DNA of 32,000 nucleotides, taken from the NCBI RefSeq assembly GCF_000253055.1, contig NC_016070.1:1530001-1562000 (forward strand), read 5' to 3'. Below are positions 23,835 through 31,056 of this stretch, piece after piece. The translations under genes and the position numbers were made by a program. This DNA comes from Thermoproteus tenax Kra 1. Lineage in GTDB: Archaea > Thermoproteota > Thermoprotei > Thermoproteales > Thermoproteaceae. The notes beneath the pieces are model-generated. The model made no database searches, was not told where the DNA came from, and worked only from the letters and a program-made list of their open reading frames with translations. Positions within the stretch are counted from its first letter, which is position 1, and the number at the start of each line of letters is the position of its first letter.

Positions 23835-25346
23835 CTAGGACGTCGGCATTAGGCCGGCCTGCTGCATATTGGAGATCATACAGCTCTCCATCCCCTGGGC
23901 GGCTTGCTCGGCGGTTATAGTCCTGTTCGCGAAATACAGCGTGGCGTATTGATGGAAACACGGCCAGTAGAACGACATCTGAGGCACATTGGGGAACTTC
24001 TGCCCATACTGAGCTTGCTCCAGAATGCCTTTATATACGTCGTTCATATACGCCGGCTGTAATGCGCCGGATGAGAGCTGGCTCATTACTGCGGCGTAGG
24101 CGTCTTTCTGAGCCGGTATATCGCCCGCATACTTCCACAAGTTCATTTCGGCCTCTTTGCTAGTGACGAAGGCTATGAAGGCAAGAGAGGCATAGATCTG
24201 TTGTTGCGTCGCCCCGCTGGCCTTGGGAACAGACACCACCCAGCCCGTGGAGCCCACGAATGGGGCCGCTCTGAGGCCTGTCTGAGACACTACGGGCAAC
24301 GGCGCAGCGCCCAAGCTCGGGCCCAGCGCCTTTTCATATATTTTGAGGTCCCACGGCCCGTCGAAGATGATGGCGGCCTCGCCCTGTGTGAAGAGCTGTT
24401 GCTCCAGGCTAGGCGTCATGCCAGGGGCGTTGTAGCTCCATACGTAGGTCATATTGTACCAGAACTTCAGAGCATTCACCATGGCGGTTGAGTTCAGTTG
24501 CGGCATGCCGTTAGGCGCAAATATCTGTCCTCCAAAGCCCGCGAACCACGCCGCAAACCTATAGCCCCACTCCTGTCCCATGCCGTAGGCTATACACCAC
24601 ACATGGTAAGTTGAATTGATGAATTTACACAGTTGCATTAATTGATTGGTGTTCAGTTGATCTACATCGACTCCAAACATTTTCTGAGTTAGAGTATTAT
24701 TTATATACTTCTTATTATAATACATAACTATATAATTGACGTTGTCTGGCAACCCGTATATTGACGTGCCCAACATGAAGTTGTTCACTGAGATAGGGAT
24801 ATAGGAGGCCTCGATGTCGGCGGGGTTTATGTACTGGTTCAAGTTGAGGATGAGGCCCGCGGCAAACAGTTTCCCGGCATCATCGCTCGTGTCTCTGTAT
24901 ACATTAGGCGCCTGGCCCGCCTTCGCCGCCGAGATGAAGTTTGCAGTCGCTATCCCTACGCCGCGGGTCACCTGCACCTTAATACACGGGTAGGCGGACT
25001 GGAAAGCCGCCAGAGTGGCGTTGAAGCCTGCGTCCTCGGGAGGCCCGTAGGTATCCCACACGCTGATAGTGACAGTCTGTCCCTGAAGGAGTTGGTTACA
25101 GACGAAGTTCGGGTTTAAAAGCGAGCTTAAGCTGAAGGGCGGCGCGAGAGATGTTGTAGTCTGAGTTGCTGTCGTAGTCGAAGTTGACGTCGTTGTGGTC
25201 TGAGTTGGAGCTGAAGAGGTCGTCGGCGATGTCGTAGCGGTGGGCGGGGCGCTGGGCGTCCTCGTGGCGAAGTATGCCGCCACAGCGATTATCAAAACAA
25301 TGACGACCACGATTGCGATGGCCGTAGTCTTTCCTAGACCTCGCAT
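23835..25346 (-). CDS. Extracellular sugar-binding protein of the ABC transporter (family 1 SBP) with an N-terminal membrane anchor and a Thr/Ser-rich linker
   Basis: A TM anchor TAIAIVVVIVLIIAVAAYF is followed by PSAPPTATTSPTTSSAPTQTTTTSTSTTTATQTTTS, a typical crenarchaeal glycosylated stalk, and then an SBP_bac_1-like body. The ATG at 25346 (MRGLGK) has TTATATAAG about 20 nt upstream, so it is preferred over 25391. Confidence 0.8.
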   Translation of the reverse strand: MRGLGKTTAIAIVVVIVLIIAVAAYFATRTPSAPPTATTSPTTSSAPTQTTTTSTSTTTATQTTTSLAPPFSLSSLLNPNFVCNQLLQGQTVTISVWDTYGPPEDAGFNATLAAFQSAYPCIKVQVTRGVGIATANFISAAKAGQAPNVYRDTSDDAGKLFAAGLILNLNQYINPADIEASYIPISVNNFMLGTSIYGLPDNVNYIVMYYNKKYINNTLTQKMFGVDVDQLNTNQLMQLCKFINSTYHVWCIAYGMGQEWGYRFAAWFAGFGGQIFAPNGMPQLNSTAMVNALKFWYNMTYVWSYNAPGMTPSLEQQLFTQGEAAIIFDGPWDLKIYEKALGPSLGAAPLPVVSQTGLRAAPFVGSTGWVVSVPKASGATQQQIYASLAFIAFVTSKEAEMNLWKYAGDIPAQKDAYAAVMSQLSSGALQPAYMNDVYKGILEQAQYGQKFPNVPQMSFYWPCFHQYATLYFANRTITAEQAAQGMESCMISNMQQAGLMPTS

Positions 25347-25442
25347 AATTACATTATTCTTACTTATATAAAACATTTTTTGGCTACTCAAATGCTATTC
25401 TAAACGAATTCCTATCGCAGTCTGCTGTTCGCGATAGTTCTA

Positions 25443-27524
25443 ATGGCCGTCCTATTGCTCTCCAGCACGGCGGCCTCTCGCGCGTGTTCTAGAGGATATA
25501 TAGCTATATATACTTACCACGGCCGCGGGGATCTGGCGCTGGCCGCGCCCCACATAGGGGGGTGGGGCGGCGGGGCGGTCTCGGCCGTGGATCCGCCTCA
25601 GCTCGGCCTGCCGATATACTCATATCCCTATTCTAGGTACGTATACACCGAGGGCCAGACGGTGCGCATATCGCTGGACATTACGAGTAACGCGCAGCTC
25701 AATGTAACGGCCGAGCTCCACGTCGGCGCCCTCAAGGTCGCGAGGGCCGTCTTGCTCCACGCCGGGAATAACAAGCTGGAGCTAGCGTTTAAAGCCGAGC
25801 TCCCCCAAGGCATTTATACTCCCTGGTTGGCGCTCATATATGGAAACGCGACACTCCTTAACGAGACGCTCCCGCCTCTGTATGTGTTAAATACGACTGG
25901 AAAGCCTCCGCTGTCGTTGGTCATAGTCTGGAACATGCACCAGCCCCTATACATAGAGCCGAACGGGACGTGGGCTATGCCTTGGGTGTTACTACACACT
26001 GGGGAGGACTTCGTGTGGAATAGAACGCTCGTGGGGGCCTACGAGCTTCAGGCGATGCTCTTAAGCGAGTTCGACGTCAATGTGACTATCGACTTCACTC
26101 CAGTGCTCCTATATCAATGGGAGGCCCTCTTGGCAGAGGGGCCCAGGGGGTTCAGGTACATAGGAGAGTTCCCAGGCAATCTGACACACGACTTGAGGGC
26201 CATCAGGAGGACTCTGGAGCTGTATAGAGAACTGGCGCGCGAGGGTCGCGTGGAAGTGATGACTGTGCCGTTCTATCATCCGCTGGAGGCCATTCTGTAC
26301 GACGAGGGCTGGGGGGAAGACATATTGGCCCAGTTGATTATGGGCAAGGCCGAGACCTATAGAGTCTTCGGCGTCAACGCCACATGCGTCTGGACTCCAG
26401 AGATGGCGTTCAACATGGGGCTCGTCCATCTGTATAACCAGGCCGGTTTGAACTGTACAGTGCTAGACGCAGACGCCTTCCTCTCTGAGGCCACTTTCAT
26501 CAATGGGACGCCGACCCCCTACGTTCCCTACGTAGTTGAGGACGCAGCAGGCAACTATATCTATGTCCTATTCAGAGATACCGGTCTCTCAAACCTCTTT
26601 TGGTTCTATTTTACCCTGTCTGATCCGAGCCTAGTTCAACAGCTGCTCATCCAATATCTTGCCAAGGTGTACATGCAACATCCCGGCGCCGTGGTCGTAG
26701 TAGCTCTCGACGGTGAAAACCCGCTCATAGAGAACCCCTACACGGGTCCCCGAGACCTCTATGCAATATACCAAGCCTTGGACGAGTACTCGGGGAGATG
26801 GTTGATAACTCAGACCGTATCTCAAGCGATAGCGACACACGTGCGATACGCTGTGACGAACCTCCCCGAGAGCTCTTGGAACCTAAACTTAAACAACTGG
26901 AACAACGGCTACCCCGGAAAGATTATGATCTGGCGCAAGGTGGCCGAGGCGAGGGCCTACCTCTCTGCGTTCACTGGAGCCTTGGGCATGCGGCCGTCGC
27001 CCGTGGTTACCCCCAATCCTGCCGATGCCCCCAATTCTACCGATCTGCTCTCCACGCTGTGGAACTACCTCTACGCCGCTGAAGGCAGCGACTGGACGTG
27101 GCAGACTGGGCCGCCCAACTTTGGGCCTCGGTGGTTCAGCGTACAGCCGCTGATTTTGACAAACGCCATAATAGATGCCGTAAGGGAATCTCTGGGCCGC
27201 GTCAAACTTGTGGGCGTGAGTTCGGCGGGTCCCTATACGGTATTGGAGGTATACAACGGCCTCAACTCGAGCCTCCATCTGCGCCTCGGAGTAGGCCAGA
27301 GGTGTGAGGACGTACATCTGGAGCCCGGCCTCAACTTCGTTGAGATCCAGGGTACGGCGCAAAGGATCGGCGTCTATCTGCCCCAAAGGTTCGGATGCGG
27401 CTTGAAGATAGGCGAGTGGACTCTGCCGAGGGGCGTCCCGCAGACGGAAGCGTGGATCTACCTTGCGCCCGCAGTCGCGCTGGCCGTTATCCTTGTTGCG
27501 CTAGAGCTCCGGCGAGCTTCTTAG
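25443..27524 (+). CDS. GH57-family glycoside hydrolase (alpha-amylase/pullulanase-type), secreted and C-terminally membrane-anchored
   Basis: GH57 conserved regions are visible: VWNMHQPLY (region I), GRVEVMTVPFYHPL (II), VWTPEMAF (III, nucleophile Glu), VVALDGENP (IV, acid/base Asp), and AAEGSDWTW (V). The protein has an N-terminal signal-like segment, many N-x-S/T sequons, and a C-terminal TM helix AWIYLAPAVALAVILVAL followed by ELRRAS. Confidence 0.8.
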   Translation: MAVLLLSSTAASRACSRGYIAIYTYHGRGDLALAAPHIGGWGGGAVSAVDPPQLGLPIYSYPYSRYVYTEGQTVRISLDITSNAQLNVTAELHVGALKVARAVLLHAGNNKLELAFKAELPQGIYTPWLALIYGNATLLNETLPPLYVLNTTGKPPLSLVIVWNMHQPLYIEPNGTWAMPWVLLHTGEDFVWNRTLVGAYELQAMLLSEFDVNVTIDFTPVLLYQWEALLAEGPRGFRYIGEFPGNLTHDLRAIRRTLELYRELAREGRVEVMTVPFYHPLEAILYDEGWGEDILAQLIMGKAETYRVFGVNATCVWTPEMAFNMGLVHLYNQAGLNCTVLDADAFLSEATFINGTPTPYVPYVVEDAAGNYIYVLFRDTGLSNLFWFYFTLSDPSLVQQLLIQYLAKVYMQHPGAVVVVALDGENPLIENPYTGPRDLYAIYQALDEYSGRWLITQTVSQAIATHVRYAVTNLPESSWNLNLNNWNNGYPGKIMIWRKVAEARAYLSAFTGALGMRPSPVVTPNPADAPNSTDLLSTLWNYLYAAEGSDWTWQTGPPNFGPRWFSVQPLILTNAIIDAVRESLGRVKLVGVSSAGPYTVLEVYNGLNSSLHLRLGVGQRCEDVHLEPGLNFVEIQGTAQRIGVYLPQRFGCGLKIGEWTLPRGVPQTEAWIYLAPAVALAVILVALELRRAS

Positions 27525-28044
27525 ACACGACCTCGTAGGCCTCCTTGGCCGCCTCTATATTGGCTCTGGCGGCTCTGGCAGGGACGAACTCGGGGATCGT
27601 CCTAATTATCCCCTCTATGCTTACCGCCTTGCTCACTGCAGCAAAGGCGGCGGCCATAACCATGTTGACCAGAGGCCAACCGGCCGCCACAAGGCCGTGT
27701 TTTAGAGCGATCGATGTAGCGTCCACTGCTATATACCACGGCTCCTCCTCCTTAGTGTTCACAATATACCTTGCCTCGGGCTTCCCGTAGGCCTTAACGT
27801 TAGTCTGCCTTAATATACGGCCGTCGAGAACTACTACATAGTCGCCCGCAGTTATCGAGGAGTGCTTCTCAATGGGTCTCTCGTCGATTCTCAAATAAGC
27901 GCGGACGATGGCTCCGCGGCGCTCTGCGCCGAACTCCGGTATAGCCTGCCCGAACTTCCCCTCGATTGTGGCCACCCGGGCGAGGAGTTGGGCCGCTGTG
28001 ACGGCGCCCATACCCCCTCTCCCGAAGAACACAACCTCTATCAT
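27487..28044 (-). CDS. porG: Pyruvate/2-ketoisovalerate:ferredoxin oxidoreductase, gamma subunit
   Basis: MIEVVFFGRGGMGAVTAAQLLA...GKFGQAIPEFGAERRGA is the canonical gamma-subunit N-terminus. POR and VOR cannot be distinguished by eye. The gene is transcribed divergently from the delta/alpha/beta genes. Confidence 0.8.
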   Translation of the reverse strand: MIEVVFFGRGGMGAVTAAQLLARVATIEGKFGQAIPEFGAERRGAIVRAYLRIDERPIEKHSSITAGDYVVVLDGRILRQTNVKAYGKPEARYIVNTKEEEPWYIAVDATSIALKHGLVAAGWPLVNMVMAAAFAAVSKAVSIEGIIRTIPEFVPARAARANIEAAKEAYEVVSKKLAGALAQQG

Positions 28045-28271
28045 ACTGCCAGTGTGGGCCGGACTTTATAACCTTTATACCCTCTATATATTGTTGGGGC
28101 CGGCGAACCAACTTTATCAAAATTATCGAGAAGACATGCCTTTAATTTATTTAAAAACTAAGAAAAAATACAATACTTGGCATAATCTCGTGGACACCAT
28201 ACATATATCTTTAAATCGCCATCTCTATATTACTATATATAAAACATAAATACTGGACACGAGTTTATGCC

Positions 28272-28535
28272 GTGGAGTCGGTACTAGTTCCGGTATCAAG
28301 GCCCGATGTCGGCTCAGGCGGTCTGACGGGAACTTGGCGCACTCTGAGGCCCGTAGTTCATTTAGATAAATGTATAGACTGCGGCATATGCTGGCTCTAT
28401 TGCCCCGAGTCCGTCATCGATTGGGAGAGGGGTCAGAAGATAAAGATCGACTACAACTACTGCAAGGGATGCGGGATATGCGCCCACGAGTGTCCCGTTA
28501 AAGCGATAGAGATGGCCCCCGAGGGCGGACTATGA
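28272..28535 (+). CDS. porD: POR/VOR delta subunit (2x[4Fe-4S] ferredoxin-like)
   Basis: TGTWRTLRPVV followed by two Cys clusters, CIDCGICWLYCP and CKGCGICAHECP. GTG start. Overlaps the alpha gene by 4 nt. Confidence 0.85.
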   Translation: MESVLVPVSRPDVGSGGLTGTWRTLRPVVHLDKCIDCGICWLYCPESVIDWERGQKIKIDYNYCKGCGICAHECPVKAIEMAPEGGL

Positions 28536-29683
28536 AGGCGCTCACGGCCCTCAAGACTGCGCTCACGGGCAACCACGCCGTGGCGTACGCAGTGAAGATG
28601 GCGAGACCGCACGTCATTTCGGCGTATCCGATCACTCCCCAGACCACAATTGTGGAGAAGCTGTCTGAGTTCGTGGCCAAAGGAGAGTTGAAATCAGATT
28701 TTATAAACGTGGAGTCTGAGTTCTCGGCGCTGGCCGTCGTCTACGGCGCAGCCATGGCGGGGGCCAGGACCTTCACTGCCACCAGCAGCCACGGCTTGTT
28801 CTATATGTACGAGATGTTGTGGTGGGCCGCCGGGAGCCGGGCGCCCATAGTCATGGCCATAGTGACGAGGACTCTGGGGCCTCCCTGGAACATCCACGAC
28901 GAGCACAACGACATACTGGCCATAAGAGATTCGGGCTGGGCGATAGCTATGGCCTCCAGCGTTCAGGAGGCCTTTGACTTAACTGTGCAAGCCTATAGGC
29001 TCGCGGAGAGCATCAATCTGCCAGTCGCCGTGGGGCTCGACGGCTTTCTGCTGAGCCACACTGTGGAGAGCATAGAGATACCGCCTCAAGAGGTAGTGGA
29101 CAAGTTCCTCCCGCCCAGGAACCCGGAGCTACCCATAAAGCTCAGGCCGGGGAACCCCATCACTTGGGGGAATATACCGGCCGACGATAGGATGCACGCC
29201 GAACATCTGAAGAACATATACAGAGCGCATCAAGAGGCCAAGGGCATCATCGGTGCGATAGACGCCGAGTACGGCAAGCTCGCCGGGCGCGAGTACGGCG
29301 GGCTCGTCGAGAGGTACGAGCTCGACGGAGCCAAGTACGCAGTGGTCTGCATGGGCGCGTGGTGCGGCGACGCCAAAGAGGCCGTCAAGTCCCTCAGGCG
29401 CGACGGCGTGCCCGTCGGCCTCATGAGGCTGAGGTTCGTCAGGCCCTTCCCAGATGAAGAGCTGAGGACTCTGGAGGGCATGGACAAAGTGGTGGTGTTC
29501 GACCGCGATATAACTCCGGCGGGCGGAGTGTTGGGGAGGGAGGTCGCCTCAGTCTTGGGGCGCGGCAGCGTTGTGGACGTCGTGGCGGGCATAGCCGGCG
29601 TTGACTTCAAGGCGGACGACTTCGCAAAGGCCGTGAAACGCGCCATCAAGGGCGAGTACGGAGACTGGATAGTGTTGCTATGA
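28532..29683 (+). CDS. porA: POR/VOR alpha subunit
   Basis: GNHAVAYAVKMARPHVISAYPITPQT, and TATSSHGLFYMYEMLWWAAG. Length is 383 aa. Overlaps the beta gene by 4 nt. Confidence 0.88.
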   Translation: MKALTALKTALTGNHAVAYAVKMARPHVISAYPITPQTTIVEKLSEFVAKGELKSDFINVESEFSALAVVYGAAMAGARTFTATSSHGLFYMYEMLWWAAGSRAPIVMAIVTRTLGPPWNIHDEHNDILAIRDSGWAIAMASSVQEAFDLTVQAYRLAESINLPVAVGLDGFLLSHTVESIEIPPQEVVDKFLPPRNPELPIKLRPGNPITWGNIPADDRMHAEHLKNIYRAHQEAKGIIGAIDAEYGKLAGREYGGLVERYELDGAKYAVVCMGAWCGDAKEAVKSLRRDGVPVGLMRLRFVRPFPDEELRTLEGMDKVVVFDRDITPAGGVLGREVASVLGRGSVVDVVAGIAGVDFKADDFAKAVKRAIKGEYGDWIVLL

Positions 29684-30603
29684 CCGTCAGAATAGACCAG
29701 CTCCCGAAGAAGAGGTACGTCCTTCCGGGCAACGCTGCGTGCGCAGGCTGCGGCATGATGATCGGATGGAAGATACTGGGGATGGCGCTGGGGGAGGAGG
29801 CCGTGTTGTCTATACCGGCCAGCTGTGCCGCAGTGGTACAGGGCCTGGCCCCCAAGTCGGGCGTGGCAATGCCGATCTTGAACGTGCCGTTTGCATCGGC
29901 CGCGTCAGTGGCCACCGGGATCGCCCACGCGTTCAGCCAGCTGGGGGTGAGGGGCCAGTCTGTGGTCTGGGCCGGCGACGGCGGAACGGCAGATATAGGG
30001 TTCGCCGCCCTTAGCGCTGCCGCCGAGAGGAACTCCAATATACTGTATATTATGTATGACAACGAGGCCTATATGAACACCGGCATTCAGAGGAGCAGCG
30101 AGACGCCGAAGGGCGCCTGGACTACGACGACTCCGGCGGGCAAGAGGGAGTCCAAGAAGGACGTAGCCCTCATACTTATGGCCCACGATGTCCCCTATGT
30201 GGCGACCGCCAGCATCGCCTATCCGCAGGACTTCTACAGGAAGATCAAGAGGGCTTCAGAGATAAAGGGCTTTAAGTTCATACATCTCTTCGCGCCGTGT
30301 CCCCCCGGCTGGCTCTTCGACCCCTCGCTGACCGTTGAGGTCGCCAGAAAGGCCGTTGAGACCGGCTTCTTCATACTCTGGGAGTACGACCACGGAGAGC
30401 TCAAGCTCAATCCGCCGAGCTCGGCGCTTGTCGATAAAAAACGCAGGAGGCCTCTAACGGAATATCTGAAGCTACAGGGCAGATTCGCCAACTTGACTGA
30501 GGAGCAGATAGCTGAGCTAGAGCGCGAGGTAGACCGCAGATGGGAGTTCTTGCTCAGGTTTATGGAAGCCAAGAGGAGAGTGGATGGGGCCGCCGGGATT
30601 TGA
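29680..30603 (+). CDS. porB: POR/VOR beta subunit (TPP-binding)
   Basis: PGNAACAGCGM, the TPP motif GDGGTADIGF....ERN, and YDNEAYMNTGIQRS. Confidence 0.88.
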   Translation: MTVRIDQLPKKRYVLPGNAACAGCGMMIGWKILGMALGEEAVLSIPASCAAVVQGLAPKSGVAMPILNVPFASAASVATGIAHAFSQLGVRGQSVVWAGDGGTADIGFAALSAAAERNSNILYIMYDNEAYMNTGIQRSSETPKGAWTTTTPAGKRESKKDVALILMAHDVPYVATASIAYPQDFYRKIKRASEIKGFKFIHLFAPCPPGWLFDPSLTVEVARKAVETGFFILWEYDHGELKLNPPSSALVDKKRRRPLTEYLKLQGRFANLTEEQIAELEREVDRRWEFLLRFMEAKRRVDGAAGI

Positions 30604-30706
30604 ACTTCCCCCGGCGTCCGCCGTCCGGGGTCACACGGGCTTGCCCGCGGCTGGGTTCGTTCGGCCGCACCGAGCCGTGCGTCCTACCAGGCTAGACTAC
30701 GGCCCC
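30585..30706 (-). tRNA. tRNA-Pro (anticodon CGG) with two introns (about 29 nt at the anticodon loop, 19 nt in the T-stem at 52/53)
   Basis: The minus strand reads GGGGCCG UA GUCU AGCCUGGUA GGAC G CACGG CUCGG[29 nt]GC CCGUG UGACC CCGG[19 nt]G UUCAAAU CCCGG CGGCCCC A. All four stems pair, and U8, A14, G18G19, A21 and the U54U55C56 positions are canonical. The 19 nt insert forms a textbook bulge-helix-bulge: a CCCC/GGGG 4 bp helix flanked by 3 nt bulges GG^A and AA^G, with a CGGC-GGAC-GCCG hairpin. The anticodon is CGG whichever junction is used for the first intron. CCA is not encoded. Confidence 0.8.
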
Positions 30707-30724
30707 TAACGCTTAGCGCTTCTC

Positions 30725-30738
30725 AGTTTTTAACTTTT
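30725..30738 (-). promoter_or_regulatory. TATA-like element (AAAGTTAAAAAC on the minus strand) for the tRNA gene
   Basis: It lies 19-32 nt upstream of the tRNA 5' end at 30706. Confidence 0.45.
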
Positions 30739-31056
30739 CTCTCGGGCTAAAAGACTTTCAACTTTCGATGCTTCAGTTCTCCTGCTCGGCCCTCCTCTCC
30801 AGCCACTTAGAGAACTGAAGAAAATCCACCCGGCTTTTGTAAGTTGCCCTCAGACTTCCTGAGTAATAATGAGCGTTGTTAATCCAAAACGAGGCGCATA
30901 CATAGCGGCGGCTAGGCCAGCAGGTCCGCCTCCAACCACCGCAGTATCTAGTACTTTGCCTCTCAAAGACTCTAATACTTCATCAGCCGGCGAAATGCTA
31001 ATAGACCACCGTCCTGGCTTGCTCCCGTGCGAAGTTAAGGAGGTAATATACCCCAT
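30730..31056 (-). pseudogene. Thioredoxin-reductase-like (FAD/NAD(P) Rossmann) gene remnant with an in-frame TGA and no C-terminal two-thirds
   Basis: KVLDTAVVGGGPAGLAAAMYAPRFGLTTLIITQEV-TGA-GQLTKAG. The dinucleotide-binding GGGPAG motif and the following GGQL motif of TrxR-type flavoproteins are present, but a TGA sits where the first Gly of GGQL is expected. The frame then degenerates and closes about 120 nt later at the tRNA promoter. Only about 100 codons of the expected 300 or more remain. Confidence 0.5.

Noticed and set aside
30850-30852. Reading the in-frame TGA of the trxB-like fragment as selenocysteine or programmed readthrough.
   Set aside because: Sec decoding is not known in Crenarchaeota and the codon replaces a conserved Gly, not a redox Cys. 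The downstream frame also loses similarity and is truncated by the tRNA gene. Pseudogene is the simpler reading.
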